A DNA stretch of 60,620 bases, filler included, from Schmidtea polychroa (taxonomy: Eukaryota), in assembly GCA_044892525.1 (NCBI GenBank). It is 5 parts of 3 records of this genome, joined end to end, with 100 filler letters (N's around TTAATTAATTAA, not from the genome) between each part and the next. Parts side by side here need not be neighbours in the genome. Positions count along the whole stretch, not along the records: positions 25,809 to 51,781 come from CM097885.1; 4 more parts are not named here. The stretch is one strand, 5' to 3'. The number at the start of each line of letters is the position of its first letter. The stretch's first letter is position 1. Positions 37,550-48,058 of the stretch are shown in pieces. The notes below the pieces were generated by a model. It did no database searches. It saw only the letters and a list, made by a program, of their open reading frames with translations, and was not told the DNA's origin. The position numbers were made by a program, and so were the translations under genes.

Positions 37550-38725
37550 ATGGCATCAAATCAAACAAATCCAATAAATATTCCACAAACACCCAACAAC
37601 TACGATAATACTCAAACTTCAGAAAACACCAATTACTACTACAACCCAAACACCAACCCAGAAAACACACATACCATTAATTCAATAATCAACCCAAAAA
37701 CAAATATCCCCAACTATTTCACAGATGACAACGGAACACCGCAAAAATGGTTAGAATTCGCGAAACTAACCTTGACACTATCGGGAGTCAAATCAACAAA
37801 ATCCCTATGCTCCAACATAATAGCAGCACTACCAAGTAACAAATTAAACGAAATCGCCGACCAAATTGATGAAATATCGAAAGACGATGACCCTTTTACA
37901 AAACTGTGTAACATATTGACCAACAAAAACAAAGTCAACAGAAGGCAAATGCTAGAGTCATGCCTCAACAACACACAGTTAGGGGACAACAAGCCCACAG
38001 ATTTCCTACGACAGTTAAAACAAAAACTGGAATATCTACAACCAAACATAACAAACTCCGGTTCCAACGAATTGGTGAAAGAATTCTTCATGCGCGCTAT
38101 GCCACCGGAAATTAGACGAATCCTAGCTGCTAGCAGTAACGCTGACGTCGAAACACTCGCTGACATAGCGGATAAAATAAACGAAGAAATCTACCCCACA
38201 ATCTGCAGTACCCAAAACTACAACAGAAATAAAACTAATCACAACACCCAATCAACCAACAAAAACACAGAACCAAATGAAACAACAAACCGATTAATAA
38301 ACACTTTGATCAGCAAATTCGACGAAATAATTGTCGAAAACAGACAAATAAAAGCGGAACTAGCCGAAATAAAAGAGAAATACAACAGGCAAAATTTCAA
38401 TCCAAACGAAAACAGAGACCTATTCAACAGAAACAATTTCAACACAGACCAACTATCATACAATCATAACAGACAAAACTACGACCGACCACCCAACGAA
38501 AACAATAGACAGAACTACAGCCACAGACAATCCCCAAACGGTCACGACAGAAACCGGTCAAACTCACCAAATCGATACAACAATTACCGAAATAGCAGCC
38601 CAGAAAGAAATTCAAGAAAAGATTTCCTAAACAAAAACCACTGCTACTTTCATAACAAATTCGGCGACAAAGCATATAAATGCATAAAACCCTGCGAATT
38701 CCACAAAACAGAGCAGGAAAACTAA
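37550..38725 (+). CDS. gag: Gag of the intact LTR retrotransposon (391 aa)
   Basis: Open ORF with LGDNKPTDFLRQLK and the C-terminal CYFHNKFGDKAYKCIKPC knuckle. Confidence 0.9.
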   Translation: MASNQTNPINIPQTPNNYDNTQTSENTNYYYNPNTNPENTHTINSIINPKTNIPNYFTDDNGTPQKWLEFAKLTLTLSGVKSTKSLCSNIIAALPSNKLNEIADQIDEISKDDDPFTKLCNILTNKNKVNRRQMLESCLNNTQLGDNKPTDFLRQLKQKLEYLQPNITNSGSNELVKEFFMRAMPPEIRRILAASSNADVETLADIADKINEEIYPTICSTQNYNRNKTNHNTQSTNKNTEPNETTNRLINTLISKFDEIIVENRQIKAELAEIKEKYNRQNFNPNENRDLFNRNNFNTDQLSYNHNRQNYDRPPNENNRQNYSHRQSPNGHDRNRSNSPNRYNNYRNSSPERNSRKDFLNKNHCYFHNKFGDKAYKCIKPCEFHKTEQEN

Positions 38726-41700
38726 AAATGTCACCATTGATAGCACCCACATTTGGTGACAACAATAATACTTTCACGGTGCATTCAAACAATACAGATT
38801 TTCTAATCGACACAGGTTCTGTGATCTCCCTATTACCACACTACTTATACAAAAATACAAAAACTACAGAAAAGTCACTAACCGCTGCCAATGGCTCCAA
38901 AATTAAAACATTTGGCCAACATACAATAACACTCACAATAAATTCAAAAAAATACAATTGGTCATTCACAATCGCAGAAGTACAACAGTCAATAATCGGG
39001 GCCGATTTCTTAGCAAATTACAACCTAATAGTGGACTGTCGAAACAAGAAAATAGTCGAAAATAACAAAACAGACAAAGAAACAGCCAGGAACACAACAT
39101 CAAACTTTTCGAAAGTAGACATCGGCGTGATTCAAACAAGTACACCAACTATCAAAACAATTAAAACTATTGAACACGTACCAGAAATAGTCACACTACT
39201 GGCAAAATACGATAAACTCTGCGAACCAGTAACTTTCGATGGAAATTCAAACCACACTACTGAACACGCAATACTGACAAACGGAAACCCAGTCCACTCA
39301 AAAGTAAGACCACTGGATCCAAAAAAAATAGAAATCACAAAAAATATATTTAACGAACTGTTGGAAAATAATATAGTAAAACATTCAAACTCAGAATGGT
39401 CTTCAGCACTGATGCTAAAACAAAAAGCTAACGGGGAATGGAGAGCTTGTGGCGATTACAGACTCCTGAACAAAATAACAGAGCCCGACAGCTATCCATT
39501 ACCGATAATAAAAGACATAATAAATCGACTAATTGGCGCAAAATATTTTTCAAAAATTGACCTACAAAAAGCATATCATCAGATCCCAATTAGAAAAGAG
39601 GACATAAAAAAGACAGCAATAACAACACCGATCGGCATGTTCGAATACAACCGAATGCCTTTCGGTCTACGAAATGCCGCAGCAACTTTCCAACGATTCA
39701 TGGATCAAACAATGAAAAACAACAAAAACACAATCGCTTATCTGGACGACATCCTAATAACAAGCCCAGACAAAGAAACACATCTAAAGGACGTGGAAAA
39801 AGTGTTCAAAACGCTGGACAATGCAAAACTAAAAATAAACACTCAAAAGTGCGAATTTATGAAAACGGAAATAAATTTCCTTGGTCACACGCTAAACGAC
39901 AAAGGAACACAACCAATAGAAAACAAAATAAACAATATAAAAAACTACAAACTGCCGACAAACACAAGAGAGTTGAGGAGATTTCTAGGAATGGTAAACT
40001 TTTATCATTCTTACATCCCAAATTGCAGCAACCTACTGGCACCACTAAACGACATTATCAAAACCAAACGAAACGTAACAATAAACTGGACACAACAAAC
40101 AACCGACACATTCAATAAAGCCAAAGAAAGCCTATCAACGGCAACACTACTCGGTTACCCAGATCCAGAACTAGAGTATCAACTAACTACAGACTGTTCT
40201 GGTTTTGCAATGGGCGCAACAATTTTCCAGGAAAATAAATTCGGCAAACAACCACTGGGATTTTTCTCGAAAAAACTAAAATCACATCAAACAAGATACT
40301 CAACATTTGACAGAGAACTCCTAGCAATACACGAAGCAATCAAACACTTTCAACATTTACTCGAAGGACGAACCTTCAAAATATTCACAGACCACAAACC
40401 GCTAACAAACGCAATAGAAATGAAAAACCCTTCACCAAGGCAGATCAGACAAATCAATTTCATTTCACAATTCAACTGCACAATAAACTACGTAGCAGGA
40501 AAATCAAACATAGCAGCAGATGCTCTATCCAGAATTGAAAGTGACATAAACGCCCTAGAATTCGGAGAAATAATTGAATTGGATCAAATCAAATCCAGAC
40601 AAACCGATACATTAAGCAAACTGCCTACTAAACACAGCCTGAAACTACAGGAACTCGACGGAATATGGCACGATGTCTCCAACGAAAGCAACAAACGAAT
40701 CCTACTACCCGAAGAACTCCGACAAGACTGCATAAAAAAGATACATACTATCAATCATCCCGGAAACAAAATAACATTCGAGTTAATACATAACAAATAT
40801 GTATGGCCTCACATGCGGGAAGACATCAAGAATTACGTCAAAAGTTGCCACAGCTGCCAATTAAATAAAACAACAAAAAAACCCAAAACACAAAAAGTAA
40901 ACTTCCCAAGCAGTGAAGCGTTTGAAACAATACACACAGACGTAGTAGGACCACTACCACCAAACGACAACTACAAATATCTACTAACAATTATAGACAG
41001 AAAAACCAATTGGTTCGAAGCGATCCCAATAAAAGAAATCACAGCAAAAAATATCTGCGAAATGATCGAACTAAACTGGATAGCTCGTTACGGCCAACCG
41101 AAAACAATCATAACTGATCAAGGCAGACAATTCGAATCAGAAATGTTCAAAATACTGTGCAATAAATACAATATGAAAAGAAATCGAACAACAGCTTACA
41201 ACCCACAATCAAATGGGAAAATCGAACGGTTTCACAGAACATTAAAAGAAAGTATCAGGACAAAAGCCAATGACCAAAACTGGTTAAACCAACTTCCAAC
41301 AATATTAATCGGACTAAGAAATAGCCCAAATTCAACAGATAATGAAAGTCCAGCATTCAAAATTTTCGGAAAAGCATCAAACTTGCCATCACTTAAATCA
41401 GATACAAACAAAAACACCGAAAACAGCAAACAAATAACAAACAAAAATAGCGAAACCACCGAACAGAAACCAAAAGGAATTTTAAAAAGAAGACCGGACT
41501 CCGAATTAGACGGAAAAATAGTATTAACAACAGATTTCATCCTAATAAAAAAACCATTCACAAAAGGATTCGAATCCAAATACGAGGGTCCATTCAAACT
41601 CCTAGAAATTAACAAAAACGTCGCCACAATAATCAAAAACAACAACAAAATGAAAATAAACATAAGACGAATAAAACCCTATCACCAAAACAAAAACCCA

Positions 41701-41865
41701 CAAAACAACTCACCGCAAGACAAAACACAAACCCAAACACAAACAAAAAAACAACCAATTCAGAAAAACATCACATTCAACCACAAAAATTCAATCAAAA
41801 TATTCGACAAAGACACAATACTGGCTCCACTATACAAAAAACGTTACAGCGAATGCTTTAAATAA
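38680..41865 (+). CDS. pol: Pol (protease, RT, RNase H, integrase) in the -1 frame relative to gag
   Basis: FLIDTGS protease; RMPFGLRNAAATFQRFMD..YLDDILI RT; TDCSG/DRELLAI RNase H; H..HPG..CHSC, IHTDVVGP, ITDQGRQF, ERFHRTLK integrase. Confidence 0.95.
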   Translation: MHKTLRIPQNRAGKLKMSPLIAPTFGDNNNTFTVHSNNTDFLIDTGSVISLLPHYLYKNTKTTEKSLTAANGSKIKTFGQHTITLTINSKKYNWSFTIAEVQQSIIGADFLANYNLIVDCRNKKIVENNKTDKETARNTTSNFSKVDIGVIQTSTPTIKTIKTIEHVPEIVTLLAKYDKLCEPVTFDGNSNHTTEHAILTNGNPVHSKVRPLDPKKIEITKNIFNELLENNIVKHSNSEWSSALMLKQKANGEWRACGDYRLLNKITEPDSYPLPIIKDIINRLIGAKYFSKIDLQKAYHQIPIRKEDIKKTAITTPIGMFEYNRMPFGLRNAAATFQRFMDQTMKNNKNTIAYLDDILITSPDKETHLKDVEKVFKTLDNAKLKINTQKCEFMKTEINFLGHTLNDKGTQPIENKINNIKNYKLPTNTRELRRFLGMVNFYHSYIPNCSNLLAPLNDIIKTKRNVTINWTQQTTDTFNKAKESLSTATLLGYPDPELEYQLTTDCSGFAMGATIFQENKFGKQPLGFFSKKLKSHQTRYSTFDRELLAIHEAIKHFQHLLEGRTFKIFTDHKPLTNAIEMKNPSPRQIRQINFISQFNCTINYVAGKSNIAADALSRIESDINALEFGEIIELDQIKSRQTDTLSKLPTKHSLKLQELDGIWHDVSNESNKRILLPEELRQDCIKKIHTINHPGNKITFELIHNKYVWPHMREDIKNYVKSCHSCQLNKTTKKPKTQKVNFPSSEAFETIHTDVVGPLPPNDNYKYLLTIIDRKTNWFEAIPIKEITAKNICEMIELNWIARYGQPKTIITDQGRQFESEMFKILCNKYNMKRNRTTAYNPQSNGKIERFHRTLKESIRTKANDQNWLNQLPTILIGLRNSPNSTDNESPAFKIFGKASNLPSLKSDTNKNTENSKQITNKNSETTEQKPKGILKRRPDSELDGKIVLTTDFILIKKPFTKGFESKYEGPFKLLEINKNVATIIKNNNKMKINIRRIKPYHQNKNPQNNSPQDKTQTQTQTKKQPIQKNITFNHKNSIKIFDKDTILAPLYKKRYSECFK

Positions 41866-43659
41866 AAACACAAACATACACAAACAAACACACGCACAAA
41901 CAGCGTTAATTGTACAGTTTTTATTTTTCTTGTAAATACAAAACAAAATGTAAATTTTTAATTTTATTGAAGTTGTAGATACAAAGAAACAGAAACAAAA
42001 TACACAAAAACATATAAAACATACGAAAAAAAAAGGTTATTGAATGTAATTTTTTTACGTTACTTTTTATTGATTCATGTTAACCTCCGGTTTTAAAGGG
42101 GGAAGTTATGTAATGTACAGTTATTTTTGTTAATATTTTAGTATTCACAATTAGGAATTGTGTATACTAAGATATAAAATACAACCATCTGGGAAATCCA
42201 GATTTGTAATAAAAAACTATATAGCGATAATTTACTATAGTAAAATATCGCTATAGTAAATGACAAAAATTGAAAATAAAAAAATCAATGACGAATAGAA
42301 TATGGAAACGATAATTTGTTTTGAGAACTGAAAATTCATTTCTTTACCAAAGACTTTTAAGTAGAATTTATGGTATAGAAAAATCAAAGAAAACATTTGG
42401 AAGTATAATTCTCGAATATCAAAGACAGATACAAGGTTTTAATTTTTTGTTGTAATAAATTTTTAAAGTTGTAACGTTTATTATTGTTTTACATTATATC
42501 TATAACTTTATATTGTTTGTAAATTTTATATATTGAACATAACACGCACCCCGATTGTCCCGCTACAAGTTTTAACGGTGACTCTTTCGGGCTCTTCAAA
42601 TTCTCCTCCAAAATAACATAAGTTAACAATAATTAACAATAATAACAATAAAAACAATAATTTATTAACTATAATAACAACTATAACCTCCATAACAGGC
42701 AGCAATAAATGGATGCATGTTTCACTTTGGTCAGTGCGTCTGGAGGAAACTACAATCAGAAGGTTTTTCAGAACGTCTTCTTGCTCTAGCATTTATTCCA
42801 GCATATGACGTCATAGACGTTTTCGAAAATCTGACTGCGGATCCAGAGTACCAAGCCATTGAAGTAATCTGTGATTCTATCGAGGACAACTTCGTCGGCA
42901 TGCAAAATAGCACTCAACCTCATCGTCATCAACTTGAGCTAGGTGCAACAACCGGAAAGAAGAAGAAAGAATACGTCCGCATAAATGAAGCACTTCACAC
43001 CATGGTAGTCGATTATAACAACCGAGATCCGGTTACATATTTGAGAGATATTGCGCGCGTGCTCAATATAAATGTTTTCTAAGAGACACTGTATTACAAA
43101 AGTGTTTACTGTTTGAGCATAAACGAAAAATTGTAACTGAGTAGTCTTAGATGTTTGACACTAGTTTTTTTTAAATTTTTTTATTCATTATAATTTATAT
43201 ATTGTCTAGATTTTTGGATTGTTTTTAATATTATTAAACAAAAGACGGAAGAGCCAGACATTTATGCTAAATAAAAACAACTTTTTTATGTGTTAGGGCA
43301 ATAATTAATTAAATGAATTTGAAAAAAAAATAAACTTATTATTCTATTTAAACAAAGTTAAATCTATATAATTTAATACTAGTACCATTTATTCATAGTA
43401 CCATTTTGTCGGTACCATATTATCCGTACCATATTGTCCGTACCATTTTGTCTGTACCATTTTGTCTGTACCATTTTATTTCCGTACCATTTTCTCCGTT
43501 CAAATTTGTCCGTACCATTTTGTCTGTACCATTTTGTCCGTACCATTTTGTCCGTACCATTTTGTCCGTACCATTTTGTCCTCGCCCATTTTGTCCTAGA
43601 ATCAGAGAAGGTCGTGCAGAGATCCTTCTGAGAGAACGTCATATAAAATATAACTAATC

Positions 43660-44260
43660 ATTTTATTATTTAAGGGGCCACGGAATCCGGGAAAACTACT
43701 TTGATAAAATTTATATAAATAAAAACTCTAAACCCGAAAATGTCCATGTGTTCTGTAAAGATCGGTTGGAATGGTAAGGGTACAGAAATGTCCACGACGC
43801 CGAGAATTTGGAATTGTTGGGGGACATGAATAATTTCAGTGAGTCTCAACGGATTCCCTGACCCTGATTATTCTGGATGATATGGGGAATTTAATGAAGC
43901 AGAGAAACATCTCCGAAATTGTCACGAAAGGAAGACATATATTTATACAAATTATATTCCTAGGTCATAAGGCCAAGGACGTCAACAATAAAATCTGGGT
44001 GACGTGAAAACTATTTTCACAACGACCATGAATAACGCGTGCTTATTCAAGTACTTGAATGATTCATAGGAAATGAAGTTAGACCTAACGGCTTATACTT
44101 CTGTGGAGTATGGAATGATTAAAGTCAATTTACTAAAATTGACGTTTAGAGTATACGATCGGGACCTGCAAATAGTTTTTGATTCCGCGAGGAGTAAGAC
44201 ATTCATCTCCAATGATTTTAATATTAAAAAAGTATTTTAATGTTAGCACCTTTACAAAAT
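43660..44260 (+). mobile_element. Maverick/Polinton A32/FtsK-like packaging ATPase relic
   Basis: Degenerate Walker A GPRNPGKTT, Walker B LIILDD and the family GRH motif (IVTKGRH), with stops and frameshifts. Confidence 0.72.
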
Positions 44261-44589
44261 CAGAGCTCCAGGAAGTATCAATATTATTAGAAAGTAAAAG
44301 CGGGGATAGCATAAATTTATGTAATACTTGACATATTATTTTGTGGTCAATTTGAAGCTGAAACCGAAAATTTCAAAACTTAAAACAAGGGTGACGAATA
44401 CAAACGAAGCCAAAACGCTTTCAGAGCTCGTGGTGATATGTCAGAAAACTCGTGCCCATAAACATCTTTCGCAATTTAGCCAAGGAAATTATAGTTGTAA
44501 GCCTGTCTAATGAGTAAAAAATTCAATATGAGATCTGTGGGAAAACAATGGCAGTAATGTATATAAAAGCACACCTTAAAAGCCCCCAG

Positions 44590-44901
44590 GACTACGAACT
44601 TCAGGGCTATGGGCTTCCGGGCTATGAACTTCCGGGCTATGAACCTACGGGCGAAACTCCTGAATTTCCCATATGAAAATGATCGCGCATATGGTCCTCT
44701 TTCTTTTGGTATTCAGCTTTGCTTCAGCTATTTTTTTTATATTGAGCAACTTCTATATAGTACCAATTATGATTTCTCGTTGTAGTATCTCGATCATAAT
44801 TGGTAAAAAGAGAATTCATTTTAGGCATTCAGACTTTCAGACTTTCAGACATTAGGCTATGTGCTTTCGGGCTGTGGGCTTTCGGGCTATGGGTATGGGC
44901 T
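44590..44901 (+). repeat. Two short arrays of a 15-nt unit (CTTCCGGGCTATGAA-like) at ~44590-44655 and ~44855-44901, plus (TTCAGAC)x3
   Basis: Directly visible; the first array reads as YELQGYGLPGYELPGYEP. Confidence 0.7.
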
Positions 44902-44949
44902 AGACCTGTCGGAGATGCAGCCAGAAACGTATTTTCTCACTATAATTAA

Positions 44950-45990
44950 TTAAAGCATCGTCTTGATCAACGGAAATTTATGTTTGAAATATATTTGGTA
45001 AGCATCGCAAATATAACAGCGTATAAGCTTGTTGGATGATTCGGTAACCGTGAGGCACTGTCCCTATTATTTTAAACATTGTATAGTTTTCTTTATCCCA
45101 CGATCCAAGTGTTCCTACTACAAGTGCGGATACTGTAGTTTTGCATTTGGAAGCATGTCCTATTTCTAATGCCAAGTTCTTATATTTTTCGAAATTATTA
45201 TCTCTTGCAATTTTAAAGTTTTCGCGTATTTCATAAAGCACTTTAATGTCTAAGATATGGGTCAGAGAGTTCCTAGATGATTTAATGATGAGATCGGGCC
45301 TAAGAGTTGTTTTAACTCCTTCAGGGCATATAAGGCATATGGCAATGTGGCCTTGACAGTTAAGTCAGCACCAATCCTCGGTATGTATGAGGCTTATTAT
45401 TAAATGTAATTCGGAGGAGGTATCGGATAAGTTTGATGAAGAAAAGTAGTTAATTCTATCCTTATATTTTATTTCGAGTTGATACAGTTCATCGAGGAGG
45501 ACGATTTTGGTATGTATACCATATTTAAGGCAGAGGCGGTTGGAGGCTTTGCAAAGTTTTGCGAAGAAGGAGTTGGTTTGAAAGGATTTGGAGAATTCAC
45601 CGTTGATCATGCGAATGCGGCTTCAATATTACCCATTCCACGTGATTCAGTAAGTTCATCAAGTACTAATTTTCTAAAACCTAAGTCTACTGAATTCAAA
45701 GCCCGAATGAAGTGAATAACACTCTGAATGAGGTATTCGTCGATAGCAGAGGTGAGTCGAAGACCTCCATTTTAGTGGATGCTTATAAAAATTTATTATT
45801 AACATTAATAATTCTATCACCTATAAAGGTTTTAATGATCATTTTAATCTTTTGGTAAGACCTTTTTTGGGGTTTTTTATTTTTAATAATAATAACTTTA
45901 TGTAAGTCCAGCATATTGTGAGATATTTCGTAGTTACGTAATGTGAAGGAGAGACGTGAATAAATAAAGATTTTGTACGCATTCAATTTT
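44950..45990 (-). mobile_element. Site-specific-type non-LTR retrotransposon relic (R2/NeSL group, restriction-like endonuclease)
   Basis: LRPDLII..ILDIKV.YE...NFKIARDNNFEKYKNLA..VSALVVGTLGSWDKEN, the PD..D..KY REL endonuclease signature. Confidence 0.78.
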
Positions 45991-46324
45991 TGTGAAAGAT
46001 GTAGATGCGAGTCAAAGATAAATTTTGTGTCTTTTATGGCATTATTGAGTCTTTCATCGAATTCCTAAATTTAGTAATCTCTATAATTGACGTTGGTGTG
46101 CATGGATTTTCCATTATGTGTTTTGTGTTGGTGTGTTCAATTATTTTTCTCTCACCTTCATAAATCCTATAATAAAGTTATTAAATTTCGGAAAAATAAA
46201 TTTCTACACACAGATATGTTTGTGTGTTCCTATACTATATATTTATTGTTTTTTTTAGATTATAGAAGTTATTAAATTTAGGAATTAGGTGTATTTATTA
46301 AATTGAACTTAAACTACGCATAAA

Positions 46325-47954
46325 ATGGATAAGTTTCTAATTGAAAAAAGACGTGCTGAAGATGACGTTTGCAATGAACAAAATGTAGTGGCTAGGCCTA
46401 GAATAGAGGAAACTACACAAGAACCAACAGTTCAACTGGCTGAATTGGTAGGCAACAAGTGTAATAAAAGAGTTCAAACCCTCGTTTATACAATAATGAT
46501 TATATGACACTGGGGTTCACATTTTTTGGTAATGAAAACAATTCTAGTTCTCAGTGTTTAGTTTGCAGGGATATACTTGCAAATGAAAGTATGGTACCAA
46601 ACAAATTAAATCGCCATTTTGCTACAAAACATAGTCGTCTGTCAGGAAGACCAGTCAAATACTTTATTGAACTTTCAAGGTCTTTTACAAAGCAGTCTGT
46701 ATCGTTCACAAAGAGAATGAAAAATCAGAGAGCTCAAGAGGCAAGTTACTTAGTTGCTCAAATAATTGCCAAAAACAAAGAACCACACTCTTTTATAGAA
46801 ACTACCATAAAGGACTCTTGCTGTGCTATTGTTCGAACATTGTTTGGGCCCGAATTTGATATAGAAGTTAATAAAATTCCTTTGGCAGATAATACGATTG
46901 GAAGACGTATTCAAGACATGTCTGGTGATATTAAGCTTCAAATGAAGGCTATTTTTCAAGAAAATAATATGATCTTTACATTGTAATTAGAATTTGAATC
47001 AACAGATGTCAGTGGGTTAGCACAATTACTAGTTTTTATACGTTTCATTCATAATGAGAAAATTACTGAGCAATTCTTGTTTTGTCAAGAACTTCCAATG
47101 AGAACTAGAGGCGAAGACATATTTAAAACTTTAAATTCATTCATGAAAGAAAATAATTTGCTGTGATTAAATTGTGTAGGAATATGCACAGATGGTGCAC
47201 CCTCAATGGTTGGTTCAAAAAAAGGTTTTGCAGCATTTGCAAAAAAAGAAAATGAAAATATTATAATTACTCATTGTTTTTTAAATCGCGAAGCTTTAGA
47301 CGCGTAAACCATTGGAGGTGAATTAAGAAAAGTTATGGACAAGGTGGTTCAAATGGTCAATTACATAAAAAGTAGAACTCTTAAATCCAGATTATCTTCT
47401 CATATTAGTGAAGAAATGGGGGCAAGGTATAAGAAGCTTTTACTACACACAGAGATTCGTTGGTTGTCAAGAGGTCGAGTGCTTTGTCATGTATACGAAT
47501 TGAGGGAAATGATGTTAATTGTTGACCATTTAACATTGCTTGGAGAGAAAATTCATCATTACTTCCCAAATGTTGAAATTAAAGAATATGATTGGATCAG
47601 AAATCCATTTCCTTCAACTGCGCTGAATAACTTTTCAACTGTTGAAGAAGAAGAATAAGCTGAATTAAAAATGATCGGAGTCTGTTAATAATGTACGGAG
47701 AGGGTGACGTAGACAACTTTTAGATTTGCTTTTCGAAAAGACATCCAAACATAGGCAGAAAAACGTTAAAAATTCTTCTGCAGTTTTCTACTACTTACAT
47801 TTGTGAAGTATCCTTCTCAACAATGTCAAACTTAAAGACATTGCACCGAGGAAGCTTAAAAATGCTTGATGACGAAATGTGAGTCTCATTATCTAATATT
47901 CCACCAAATATTCAAAGGTTGTGTTCTTCCCATCCAGCTCAAATATCTCATTAA
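46325..47954 (+). mobile_element. hAT Buster/Charlie-type (ZBED5/SCAND3-like) transposase pseudogene
   Basis: QCLVCRDILANESMVPNKLNRHF, ASYLVAQIIAKNKEPH, PLADNTIGRRIQDMS, THCFLNREAL, LLLHTEIRWLSRGRVL, DWIRNPF, ..CEVSFS..QISH*, with multiple stops. Confidence 0.9.
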
Positions 47955-48058
47955 AATTGTAAATATATATTATCGTTATTCAAATTTTTTAATTCTTAAT
48001 TAATTACATATTGTTACTTATATACGATACCAAATCTTGTTTTCAGTCATGAACTATC

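Larger units (their letters stand above)
36785..42697 (+). mobile_element. Full-length intact Ty3/Gypsy LTR retrotransposon (CsRn1-like gag knuckle)
   Basis: TG...CA LTRs at 36785-37357 and 42109-42697; 5-bp TSD GGCAG; PBS TGGTGTCAGAAG (tRNA-Leu type) at 37360-37371; PPT AAAGGGGGAAG before the 3' LTR. Confidence 0.96.
36608..43603 (+). mobile_element. Mutator-like element with TIRs made of 14-nt tandem repeats, interrupted by an LTR retrotransposon
   Basis: Left array of GGACAAAATGGTAC-like units (~36615-36730) and inverted right array (~43380-43596). MULE transposase remnant FHFGQCVWRKLQ..LALAFIP..IEDNFVG at 42717-43082. Imperfect 8-bp TSD GGAGAAGG/AGAGAAGG. Confidence 0.75.

Noticed and set aside
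43380-43600. ORFs 43379-43642, 43406-43657 and 43434-43631 as proteins
   Set aside because: They are translations of the 14-nt TIR tandem array.
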